Notes: generated from the letters alone by a model not told the origin. Positions 41,170 through 50,791 are shown, numbered from the stretch's first letter. The stretch: 64,000 bases of DNA from Bacteroidia bacterium (GCA_965216465.1 CBDCFW010000003.1:318323-382322); one strand, 5' to 3'. Numbers and translations: made by a program.

Positions 41170-41712
41170 TTAATTGCTAAATTGAACATACTCCGCTTCT
41201 GAATTATTAAACCACATGATCCAAAGCCTTTCCTTCTTGCTGTGATGGTCTCCCCACGCTTTGATTGCAAATTTGATGTAAAGATCAGGCTGCTTAGGAC
41301 CAGCTAATTTAGCAATTTGATAGGTGTTATAGCCCCTTATTCCTCGTGTTGGGACAATTGATTTGAGTTTATATTGATCCGAAACGCTTAAATCAATGGA
41401 ATCAAAATTAGGATGAGTTTTGAGCTTACTTATTAACGTATCAGCGTTAACCAATTTCGAAAACACAGTATCTCGCTCGTCGTGTAGTGTAATTCTAACT
41501 GTAAATCGTCGAGATGCTGAATCAACATATGGCTCTACATTTAAATTGTAATAATCGTTATTGTACCTCAGTCGTTGATTCCTAACCGTTAGATCGTGTG
41601 CTTCAGTTGAATCAAAACTTTGTTCTTCAACTACTGGTGCTTCAGTTTGCTCAACGGGTTGATTGCAACTTACGAAGCAAATTAGGATAGATGTGTAGAC
41701 GATAAATTTCAT
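41170..41712 (-). CDS. Hypothetical lipoprotein
   Basis: FVSC lipobox. Confidence 0.65.
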   Translation of the reverse strand: MKFIVYTSILICFVSCNQPVEQTEAPVVEEQSFDSTEAHDLTVRNQRLRYNNDYYNLNVEPYVDSASRRFTVRITLHDERDTVFSKLVNADTLISKLKTHPNFDSIDLSVSDQYKLKSIVPTRGIRGYNTYQIAKLAGPKQPDLYIKFAIKAWGDHHSKKERLWIMWFNNSEAEYVQFSN

Positions 41713-41789
41713 GAGTTCGGCGGCAATATAGTAACGGAGTGAAGAATGAATTATTCTAGAAAGACATTCATCTCTTCATTAAATAGTGA

Positions 41790-42587
41790 TTATACATAGC
41801 CATAATGCGTGTGCTGAAATTCCTGTGCTAGCCTCAAGTAATAAATGTCTGTAATTAGCGAATCAAGGCGACTTACTATATCCATTTGTTCGTTTATTCT
41901 TCTAGTCTTATCCTCACCTAATGTATTAAAGTCAATTTCATTTTCATCTTTTACAAGCTGCCTAAGCGACTGAATATAAAGACTCTTTTGTTTTTCAATA
42001 TTATAGGTCTTTTCATACTCTTTTTTGCTTTTGGGGTAGCTATAAATGGAATACTCCACATAACCTAAAATTCTCCAACGTTGGTGTCCAAAGTAAGTGC
42101 CTCCGTATTGGAATTGACTATAGAGGTCATTGATTAAGTTATATATTTCAATCAGTTTGTTTCTTGTCTCTATAAATTGCCCTACCCCATTTTGTCCTTT
42201 CAGAAAATAGGCATAGAGTGCATAGTACTCATCTCTTCCCACCTCACTTTGAAATCTGTCTTTATCCTTACCATTTAAGTATAAAACATCTGGATTCATG
42301 GTGATTTCTGAGGTAAATTCAGGGTGATTGTCAATAATCTCAGTGAATTCAGCCTTTGTATAAGTAAGCGTTTCTCCAATTTCTGTATGAATCCAAACCG
42401 AGTCGTCTTGTTTAAAGTATTGGGAGTTGCCTCCTATAACGTCATCTTTTACTTTCGGACTTGATTCATCAATAGTATTCCTAAGCTTTACTTTTGGTGA
42501 AGAATCAGCTGCGTTATTTGATTCTTCACTGCTATTTGAGCAAGAAACAATGCCGAGTACAAATAAGAGAAACATCAAATTTTTCAT
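41790..42587 (-). CDS. Hypothetical lipoprotein
   Basis: MKNLMFLLFVLGIVSC lipobox; start reassigned to 42587. Confidence 0.7.
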   Translation of the reverse strand: MKNLMFLLFVLGIVSCSNSSEESNNAADSSPKVKLRNTIDESSPKVKDDVIGGNSQYFKQDDSVWIHTEIGETLTYTKAEFTEIIDNHPEFTSEITMNPDVLYLNGKDKDRFQSEVGRDEYYALYAYFLKGQNGVGQFIETRNKLIEIYNLINDLYSQFQYGGTYFGHQRWRILGYVEYSIYSYPKSKKEYEKTYNIEKQKSLYIQSLRQLVKDENEIDFNTLGEDKTRRINEQMDIVSRLDSLITDIYYLRLAQEFQHTHYGYV

Positions 42588-42621
42588 AGTTTTTGCAAGG
42601 TAATTAAATAGAGAAAGCAAC

Positions 42622-43093
42622 TCATACTAAAATAACATTTGCGTTATACCAGCCTAGGTCATCAATTAGAATTAGAACACCTTTAAAGAACTCAACCTCT
42701 ATCCTATTTCCACCGAATTCAAATTGTTCTGTTTGACTAGTTTTCAAATCAGCAAGAGTCTTAAGAGTTAAACTTCTATCCTTAGACTCTTCTTTTAACC
42801 AGACATCTAGGCTAATAGCTACTTGATTTTTGAAATCTGGTTTAACCGATATGTTTTCCCTGTTAAACATCTGTAATATACAGTCGTAGAGATGACTTTC
42901 TGAAATGTGATATTCTACGGTTTCATCTGGAAAATTGACTAAAAGGACGATGCCCATATTTGTCCTCTTGCCAGATTTTAAGTTCATTAATACCATTGGT
43001 CAACACAATTGAATTGCCTACGTAATCTTGGGTATGCTTAAAGCGCTCTGCTAGGAGTTTAATCTTGTGTTTGAGTTTGTGGTTTAGATTCAT
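42622..43093 (-). pseudogene. Hypothetical gene, probably split by one +1 frameshift near 42953-42955
   Basis: 56-aa ORF from ATG 43093 overlaps ORF 42622-42996; removing one base of GGG joins them (...WQEDKYGIVLLVNFP...). Confidence 0.45.
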
Positions 43094-43129
43094 TGCAGAT
43101 TTCTGATCTAAAGAGAGAAGGCGTTTTGT

Positions 43130-43567
43130 CTAATCGTCTATCCTGCTTCTGTCTGCGGCAACAACAAACTTATTCAATAGATTCAGGTCTGAAAAGATTG
43201 GACAAAGAATTTCTAAGAATTTTCTTCTGCTTTCCTCAGAATCTGCATAAGCGTAAAATCCGCCAGCTTCAGGATCAAAGTTAATGTGAGATAAGAGAGA
43301 TGAGTCCTTCTTCTCAAGAATTTGAATGATGTGGCCTTCCCAACAATATCCGTTGCCGGAGTAGCCATGCTTTTCAAAGAAATCAAAATACGTAGGATAT
43401 AATTCTCCCTCTATTTCTGCCGAAATCACAAAATTGTCAGTGTCATAAATTTTAAAAGGATAATGTTCGTCTTGTGGTTCAGTCATTGGTAAATTAATAT
43501 AAGGTGAAGGATTAAATCCATATATGATTGCAAAAGACAATGTGAATATATAGAGTTTTAAGTGCAT
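43130..43567 (-). CDS. Imm51-like immunity protein
   Basis: YPFK, G.SGNGYCWE, I.FDPEAGGFYAY match my recollection of the Imm51 motif set. Confidence 0.7.
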   Translation of the reverse strand: MHLKLYIFTLSFAIIYGFNPSPYINLPMTEPQDEHYPFKIYDTDNFVISAEIEGELYPTYFDFFEKHGYSGNGYCWEGHIIQILEKKDSSLLSHINFDPEAGGFYAYADSEESRRKFLEILCPIFSDLNLLNKFVVAADRSRIDD

Positions 43568-43706
43568 AAATAATTACTTCATCAAAATTAGCATATTAAA
43601 GTTTTTGATTTGCAATTCGCAAACTACGAATCGCAATTTAAGGATTATTAATCTGCAGTCAGCTTAAAAGCTACTCTACCTCTGGACTCTCCCTACAAAC
43701 CACATT

Positions 43707-43968
43707 TCAACCTCCCACTTGCCTTTCGCACTGAGGACAAGGCTCGCCATAAATCTCAATAGCATGATGCATTATAGCGTTTGTTCGGTTTCTTTAAATC
43801 CAGTGAGTTGCTCGTAGTAATTGAGAAGGTCACCAAACCGTTCTTCTCTGGATACCCAGGTTTAACCGGTCTAAAACCTTGGCGGTATAACGTCTGGGCA
43901 TGAGCAAATTCTTCCTTATCTAACATCGGAACTTCCATTCTACATCGCCAACACCACAATTGTTTCAT
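43707..43968 (-). pseudogene. Frameshifted small Cys-rich (zinc-ribbon-like) hypothetical gene
   Basis: MKQLWCWRC.MEVPMLD; shifted frames give SREERFGDLLNYYEQLTGFKETE and NAIMHHAIEIYGEPCPQC. Confidence 0.6.
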
Positions 43969-44064
43969 ATGCAATTGTCTAGAAATATCAGCAGAGATAG
44001 AAAGGTTATGGGATTTAGTTGAAGTAACACCGGGTGGAAATTCATAACTTTGAGACAACGTCCT

Positions 44065-44679
44065 ATGAACTGCAGACTTTTCAATATTGCTATGCTAATT
44101 TTCATCTCCACTAGTGGTTATGGACAGCTTTCTTATTCTAGTTTGCGGACAAATACCTTGAAACCAGCAGAATCTGTGCAATCAATTGATGTGTTTGTGC
44201 CGGCTAATCAAGCCAGAAGAACTGTTTGGGACAATATGTTTGGAACGGGAGGAATTGGAATAGGCCAGGAATATTGGTATGGAGTTCAAGGATCGGTGGT
44301 GATGCAATTTCGATTATCCAAGAAAGATTACTTCAAACGCTATTATGGCTTTTATCCTGTGGCTGCCTATACCAGCATTGACTTAAATTGTATGGGGTTG
44401 TTTGCCGTTTGGGGAGGCGTCGGAATCAATGGAGGAATTGCTCTTGGTCATTTTACCCTAGATAATTCCTTGTCTAGATGGGGAATATTAGGTCCAGATG
44501 GACAAGACTTTGGCCAGACGCTGTACAATCCTAAAATTGGTGTTCATATAGGTCGAGTATGGATTAAAGCTGGCCCGTCTATCCTACTCAGCGAGGAGCG
44601 CTGGAAAGAAGATCAGCTGAAGTTAGGAGAAATGAATATGAATATCAGCATAAGCTACATTGGCGATCGAGTTTTGTAG
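44065..44679 (+). CDS. Secreted hypothetical protein, possible beta-barrel
   Basis: Signal-like N-terminus, Gly/aromatic-rich strands; TAACTTTG -7 element at 44045-44052. Confidence 0.6.
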   Translation: MNCRLFNIAMLIFISTSGYGQLSYSSLRTNTLKPAESVQSIDVFVPANQARRTVWDNMFGTGGIGIGQEYWYGVQGSVVMQFRLSKKDYFKRYYGFYPVAAYTSIDLNCMGLFAVWGGVGINGGIALGHFTLDNSLSRWGILGPDGQDFGQTLYNPKIGVHIGRVWIKAGPSILLSEERWKEDQLKLGEMNMNISISYIGDRVL

Positions 44680-44729
44680 GTGTCAATTAAGACTTCGAAT
44701 CTCAGTATATATCACATCTCAACCTCGTT

Positions 44730-45158
44730 TTAATTAGGTCTTTCTACTTCAAGCTTAACTACAATCTCTTCACCTTTCTCGCTTATATGGAAGTTGTAAT
44801 CATAAGTATACCAATTGTTCTTTTTGAAATGTTCGACTTGAGCAATTTCTTTTCCGTCATAGAATACTACAAATGTTTGCCTTCCATAAGCTTGGCCTAT
44901 CCTATTGTGTTGTTGGCCATCTTTAAATACCACTTTGTTATCCTTCCTTATTTCGACATTTGATAAGTTTAAATTTGAATCGAGTTTTACTTCGATACGA
45001 CTCAATTCGTGAATTCTACACCCAAGCTTGTTGATAAAGCTATCTGTGTTTCTGTGCTGCATAAAGAAGGGTTTAGAGAAATAAAGGAATCCAATGCTTA
45101 TTGCTAAGCTGATTAATAACCACTTTGAGATTTGTCCGAATTTACGTTTGGTTATCAC
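44730..45158 (-). CDS. Hypothetical membrane-anchored protein
   Basis: One N-terminal TM segment; GTG start at 45158 chosen to avoid overlap. Confidence 0.55.
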   Translation of the reverse strand: MITKRKFGQISKWLLISLAISIGFLYFSKPFFMQHRNTDSFINKLGCRIHELSRIEVKLDSNLNLSNVEIRKDNKVVFKDGQQHNRIGQAYGRQTFVVFYDGKEIAQVEHFKKNNWYTYDYNFHISEKGEEIVVKLEVERPN

Positions 45159-45183
45159 AGGCCTATCAATTTTAAAACAAAAA

Positions 45184-46122
45184 TTAGCTTCGAGATGCAA
45201 TATATACAGCAACTTGCTTTTCAATACGACTTGAAACTTTGGGTGTTACAATAAAATTAGAAAGGATGTCAGCTTGAGTCTCAGAATGTGCTTTAGTATT
45301 ATACCATTTGTGCAACTTGGCTTCTCCATAATCCTGTAGCCAGGTGACGGGATTAACCCCCTCAAGGTCTTCCCATGTTACATGGTTGAAGGTATTGTCG
45401 ACCCTTACTTTAATTTGAACTGGTTTTGAGTTTGAATCTCTAAACACCGGCACAAACTCTGACCAACTGTGATTACCCGAAGCAACTACTTTCCCTTCAA
45501 CACCAAGCAGTTTAAGGAGGCAAACGAACGACATTTCACGTTCACTGCACCAACCGAATGTGTAGAATGTATCGCATGACGACGAGAAATACTTTGGCTC
45601 TTCAGACATCAAATCGGTCATATAAATTTGTGGTGTTCGGTCAACATCTGCATAAGACTGGTACTTCGCAAAATCTTTTGGCGGTTTATTTTCAGTTAGT
45701 AAACTGCCATCTTTGACAAACCGTAGCTTATGTCGCGGGTTTGGAGACACCCAATGCCATTGATATGGAATTTTAACGACATCACCATAAGAACAGTTAA
45801 ATGCAGATTTACTTGTGAATATATCATGTAACAAGTGAATAGTAACGTAAGTATTTAAGTTCGATTCATTGCTGCTATCGATTCCAAATCTAGAACAAAA
45901 CTGAGCATAATTCATGGCTCTATCTTGGTGCACATAAGCCTTTCTGTGATTTAAAACTAACTCAATAAAAAAGGATGGAATGTTCATGGAATCATAAGTG
46001 TGTATATCTAACGATGCAGGAGATTGAACATGATTTCTAGCATTTTCAGACTGAGAACATGAGGCTGAAAGTAAAAGTACAATCAAACATATCCAAGGTT
46101 TAAAGTTTGAGGTAGAAATCAT
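45184..46122 (-). CDS. Hypothetical lipoprotein with possible transglutaminase-like Cys-His-Asp triad
   Basis: SASC lipobox; GWCSEREMSF, GNHSWSEF, RVDNTF. Confidence 0.6.
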   Translation of the reverse strand: MISTSNFKPWICLIVLLLSASCSQSENARNHVQSPASLDIHTYDSMNIPSFFIELVLNHRKAYVHQDRAMNYAQFCSRFGIDSSNESNLNTYVTIHLLHDIFTSKSAFNCSYGDVVKIPYQWHWVSPNPRHKLRFVKDGSLLTENKPPKDFAKYQSYADVDRTPQIYMTDLMSEEPKYFSSSCDTFYTFGWCSEREMSFVCLLKLLGVEGKVVASGNHSWSEFVPVFRDSNSKPVQIKVRVDNTFNHVTWEDLEGVNPVTWLQDYGEAKLHKWYNTKAHSETQADILSNFIVTPKVSSRIEKQVAVYIASRS

Positions 46123-46188
46123 AGATTGTTAACGTATTTTTAGGTTTGGAATTGCTTTTCTGAAGGAATTTGAGGATTGTTTTTGGCG

Positions 46189-46546
46189 TTAAGCTCAAGC
46201 GACATAGGATTGCCTCCTTGCAGTCGGCTTTCCTTATGGGGGTGAATCAACCTAAGCCCAGAAGCTAACGCTTCGAAGGTCTTTTTTAAGGCTTTAAGCT
46301 CAAGCGAGCTTGGAAAGGAAAAGGATTGCCTCCCTTCGGTCGGCTTTCCTTGTGGGGGTGAATCAACCTAAGCTCAGAAGCTAACGCTTCGAAGGTCTTT
46401 TTTATGGCCTTAAGCTCAAGCGAGCTTGGAAAGGAAAAGGATTGCCTCCCTTCGGTCGGCTTTCCTTAGGGGGAGTCGATCAACATAAGCCCAGAAGCTA
46501 GCGCTTCGATGGTCTTTTTTATGGCTTTAAGCTCAAGCGAGCTTGG
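46189..46546. repeat. Tandem array of about 3.2 copies of a ~116-bp palindrome-rich unit
   Basis: TTAAGCTCAAGCGA starts at 46189, 46294, 46410 and 46527; units nearly identical. Confidence 0.92.
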
Positions 46547-46557
46547 CTAAAAGCCAT

Positions 46558-46588
46558 AAAAAAAGCCCAGCACTTTCGTACTGGGCTT
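46558..46588 (-). terminator. Terminator of the tRNA cluster
   Basis: Minus strand AAGCCCAGTAC-GAAA-GTGCTGGGC-T7. Confidence 0.8.
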
Positions 46589-46594
46589 AGGTTG

Positions 46595-46669
46595 TCGGGG
46601 TGGCAGGATTCGAACCTGCGACCTCCTGCTCCCAAAGCAGGCGCGATAACCGGGCTACGCTACACCCCG
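46595..46669 (-). tRNA. tRNA-Pro(TGG)
   Basis: CGGGGTG acceptor, anticodon arm CCTGC-TTTGGGA-GCAGG, GTTCGAATCC. Confidence 0.96.
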
Positions 46670-46706
46670 AACTCGAGCGTTTCCGCTAAAGTCTTTGATG
46701 GCCCTG

Positions 46707-46780
46707 TGATCCCACCAGGACTCGAACCTGGAACCTACAGATTAGAAATCTGTTGCTCTATCCAGTTGAGCTATGGAACC
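46707..46780 (-). tRNA. tRNA-Arg(TCT)
   Basis: Anticodon arm ACAGA-TTTCTAA-TCTGT, GTTCGAGTCC. Confidence 0.96.
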
Positions 46781-46817
46781 ATCTATTCTATAAAGAACAA
46801 TCCTCCTTAAGAATTTG

Positions 46818-46905
46818 CGGTGAGGGCGGGATTCGAACCCGCGGTACCCTTGAGAGGTACGGCAGTTTAGCAAACTACTGGTTTAAGCCACTCACCCACC
46901 TCACC
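46818..46905 (-). tRNA. tRNA-Ser(GCT)
   Basis: Anticodon arm GTAGT-TTGCTAA-ACTGC, long variable arm, G discriminator. Confidence 0.96.
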
Positions 46906-47039
46906 TTTTCCTAAAAAGGAGTGCAAAAATAATCTTTTTCTTGAATTTACAATCCAAATTTTAGAGATATTTTTTTTAAATTTTTTTGACCTGTTTTTTT
47001 ACCCGTTTTTCAAGTTTTATATGTAACGTTGAACTCCTA

Positions 47040-49652
47040 ATGGCCAGCAAGCAAAATACAGACTATATCTTTAGAAATATGAAGGTTTACGGCTCCACTG
47101 AATGGTTAGCCGATAACAAGAAAAAGTACCGAACTGTATTTGATAAGAACGAATCCTCTTACATCTACACCGAGTTTTCTTTCTTTAACCTTAATTTTAA
47201 AAAGAAAGACTGGGATCTTAAACTCAGTCTTATCTGCGTTGACCAAAATAACATCGAAATCTGTAACCTGAATTGCGACCGAACTATCTCGCAAAATCAT
47301 AACCTCCTTTATATTCGAGAAGGTTGGGGAACCCATAACATAGGCGCTTATTGGAAACCCGGTACATACAAGTGGCTTGCCATGATCGATGATCAACTCG
47401 TAGCCGAGAAGAATTTTTACATTCAAGACGTTGGTCGTGTAACCGCCACCGAAAATCCATACTTCGATATTAAGTCGATTAAGTTTTATGAAGGGCCTTT
47501 TGATAACGTCAAAGAAGCTGATCGCAAATACTTTCAACAGTTCAGCGAACAAGAATCACGATACATCTGGGCAGAAATTACAGCCACCAACAAGGTTAAA
47601 GAACTCAACTTCTGGAGTTGTGAATTCGTTTTCAATTTCCTAACAGAAGGTAACTTACTCAAAGGAAGCATTTCTAAACTTCTCTTTGTTTATGAGCAAG
47701 ATGAGGAGTTTAAAATTACTGTTGGCTGGGGAGCCGACAAACCAGGAAGCTGGAACAAAGGCACCTACTTCCTCGATATCATCTTCATGGATCAACTCAT
47801 TATTCAAGAAGATTTTAAAATAGGCGACGACTTTGTAGAATATACCATTGAAGAAGCTGCATTTGATGCTCCTAAAAAAGCACTCAAGCCTAAGAAACAA
47901 GTTCCAGACCAACAAAACGTTGAAAAGGACACTGGGAGAACTCGATGATTTGATTGGTTTAACCTCTGTAAAAAGATCGAATCAAAGAATACGCCCATTA
48001 TCTTGAGTTTATCTCCATTCGGAAAGACAAAGGGCTAACCGAAGAAGAGCAGATTAACTTAAACTGCGTATTCAAGGGAAATCCAGGTACCGGTAAAACC
48101 ACGGTTGCTCGTAAACTTGGAAAGATATACAAACAACTAGGCCTGCTCAGCAAAGGACATGTTCATTGAAGTAGACCGATCAGATTTGGTTGCTGAATTT
48201 ATAGGTCAAACCGCACCGAAAACTAAAGCAGCAATTAAAAAGGCCGCAGGAGGTATCTTGTTTATTGATGAGGCCTATTCTCTTGCTCGAAAAGACGACG
48301 ATAGTAAGGACTTTGGTAAGGAAGCTATTGAAATATTATTGAAGGAACTGTCTGACGGTGAAGACATTGCAATTATTGCAGCGGGCTACCCTGATGAAAT
48401 GGACACCTTTGTGAATTCTAATCCAGGTTTGAAATCACGGTTCAGAATGGTGTACGATTTTCCAGATTACACCCCACAAGAACTGCTTCAAATAGCCCAC
48501 AAGCATGCTGAAAAGAAAGGCGTTCACTTTGCACAAGATGCAGAAGACCTTTTCTACAAAAAAGTAGTTGATGCCTACCGAAACAGAGACCGTTTCTTTG
48601 GCAACGCTCGATTAATAGTCTCACTTATTGAAGAATGTAAGCTCAACTTAGGTATTCGCGTGATGAGCGTTGAATCTCCATCTGATTTAACTATCGATCA
48701 ATTGTCAATGGTTCAACTTGAAGATGTTGAGAAATTGGCCATCACCCCGAAAAGCATTATCCCTGATATACCAATCGATGAAGAGTTACTCGAACAGTCG
48801 CTTCAAAAACTTGATGGACTTATTGGTATTCAGTCAGTTAAGGATGAAATTAAAAACTTAATCAAGCTAGTTCGATACTACAAAGAGACGGATCAGGATG
48901 TCCAAAATAATTTCAGTCTACACTCCGTATTCACTGGAAATCCAGGTACAGGTAAAACAACTGTAGCTCGTATTCTGGCCCAGATTTATAAGGCGTTAGG
49001 TATCTTAGAAAAAGGAAACCTCATTGAATGTGATCGCCAAAGTTTAATTGGTGGCTATGTTGGTCAAACCGCAATTAAAACCGGTGAGATCATTGATAAG
49101 GCCATGGGTGGAGTTCTATTTATTGATGAAGCCTACTCGCTTACCGAAGGTGGAAATTCTGATTATGGAAAAGAAGCCATTGAAATTATTCTTAAGCGGA
49201 TGGAAGACTTTAGAGGTCAGTTTATAGTCATCGCTGCTGGATACACCGATAATATGAAACGCTTTATTGAGTCTAATCCAGGATTAAAGTCTCGCTTCGA
49301 TAAGGTGTTTGAGTTCGAAGATTTCGACGAAGAATTGCTTGTACAAATCGCACACAACCAGTTTTCAGACTCTGGATTTGAGCTGAACAAGAAAGCTGAA
49401 ACAGCTCTTAATAAGCTGATTAGCAGCATGTACACTGAAAGAGATAAGTATTTTGGGAATGGCCGAAGCATCCGAAAAATTGTCGAAGAGGCGATTCGAA
49501 ACCAGCACTTGAGAATGAGTGACCTCGATGCCACCAAAAGAACTCCTAAGCAGATGAAGACGATTACTGATAAGGATTTAGAAACTATAGAATACAAAGA
49601 CAAGTCGAAACCTGACATTTTGCCAACACTGGGCTTCAGAAGAAGCAATTAA
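47040..49652 (+). pseudogene. Double AAA+ ATPase (CbxX/SpoVK-like) with duplicated N-terminal domain, interrupted by three +1 frameshifts (possibly assembly errors)
   Basis: ELDDLIGL and GNPGTGKTT (48077-48100) lie in shifted frames between ORFs 46986-47948 and 48159-49652; two LFIDEAYSL and NPGLKSRF motifs. Confidence 0.8.
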
Positions 49653-49672
49653 ATTAGATTTGCACAAGTCTA

Positions 49673-50791
49673 ATGTTTGAATTTACACCCGAACAACTCG
49701 TACTACTATCCTTAATTGCCCTTTGCCTGGTTATTCTGGTAATTTACTATCTCGCTTTTTTCATCAAATTGCGCAAGGTAAAACCCGTGTCAAGTGGCAC
49801 TTCAATTCCTGTTTCTGTAATCATTTCTGCGCGTAACGAACGTGAGAATCTCGAGAAGAATCTTCCACTCATTTTTGAACAGCAATACCCTGAATTTGAA
49901 GTGGTTGTAATAAATGACACCAGCTTTGATGGTACAAAAGATCTGCTTAAAAAGTTTGAGCAACAGTATAGCAATTGCAAGGTTGTTACAGTTGAATTAG
50001 ATGAACGCTTTCAACGCGGAAAGAAGTTCGCCTTAACCATGGGGATCAAGGCTGCTAAACACGACCAGTTGTTGTTTACGGATGCCGATTGTAAACCCGC
50101 TTCTCCCCTATGGATTCAATCTATGATGGATGCCAAAGGCGACAAGCCAATCATCTTAGGTAACGCACCATTAAATACACGAAAGACTCCTCTTGGAGCT
50201 TTGATTAAATACGAAACATTTCATACCGCTCTTCAATATCTAACCTATTCTTTGAGTAAGAAGACTTACATGGGAGTCGGACGAAACATGTCATACACCA
50301 AAGACATCTTTTTTAAGAACAAAGGTTTTGCTACTTACCAGCATATTATGTCGGGTGACGATGACTTGTTTATTCAAGAAGTAGCAACTAAAAATAATGT
50401 ATCAGTTTGTGTGGCTCCAGATAGCTTTATGTTCTCTGATGCCCCTAAAGGTTTAGGTGCTTGGATTACCCAAAAGCGACGCCATTTATCTACATCAAAC
50501 CTCTACTTGCCTAAATTTAAGCGTTTATTGGGAGCTTATTCGGTCGCCCAACTATTATTCTACATTACCCTAATCCTGTTTGTTTCGATATTTACTAGTG
50601 TATGGTATTATGGTGTTGCACTTCTGCTTTTAAAGTGGATTATTCAAACAGCAGTTATGCTAAAACCAAGCAAAATGTTAGGAGCTAAACCGGTTGGATT
50701 TATCATTCCTTTTTACGACTTGCTCTATACAGGCTACCTTTTCGTTTTTGCCTTTATAAAACAATTCTCTAAGCCCAAGAAATGGAAGTAA
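49673..50791 (+). CDS. Glycosyltransferase family 2, membrane-bound
   Basis: SVIISARNE, GKKFAL, FTDADC, SGDDDL, QKRRH. Confidence 0.9.
   Translation: MFEFTPEQLVLLSLIALCLVILVIYYLAFFIKLRKVKPVSSGTSIPVSVIISARNERENLEKNLPLIFEQQYPEFEVVVINDTSFDGTKDLLKKFEQQYSNCKVVTVELDERFQRGKKFALTMGIKAAKHDQLLFTDADCKPASPLWIQSMMDAKGDKPIILGNAPLNTRKTPLGALIKYETFHTALQYLTYSLSKKTYMGVGRNMSYTKDIFFKNKGFATYQHIMSGDDDLFIQEVATKNNVSVCVAPDSFMFSDAPKGLGAWITQKRRHLSTSNLYLPKFKRLLGAYSVAQLLFYITLILFVSIFTSVWYYGVALLLLKWIIQTAVMLKPSKMLGAKPVGFIIPFYDLLYTGYLFVFAFIKQFSKPKKWK

Noticed and set aside
46189-46546. CRISPR array
   Set aside because: The whole ~116-bp unit is repeated; there are no unique spacers and no cas genes in the window
46592-46810. 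72-aa plus-strand ORF
   Set aside because: Antisense to tRNA-Pro and tRNA-Arg
47910-48170. Programmed ribosomal frameshifting in the AAA gene
   Set aside because: Three separate shifts would be needed and there is no clear slippery heptamer with a stimulator; error or decay is more parsimonious
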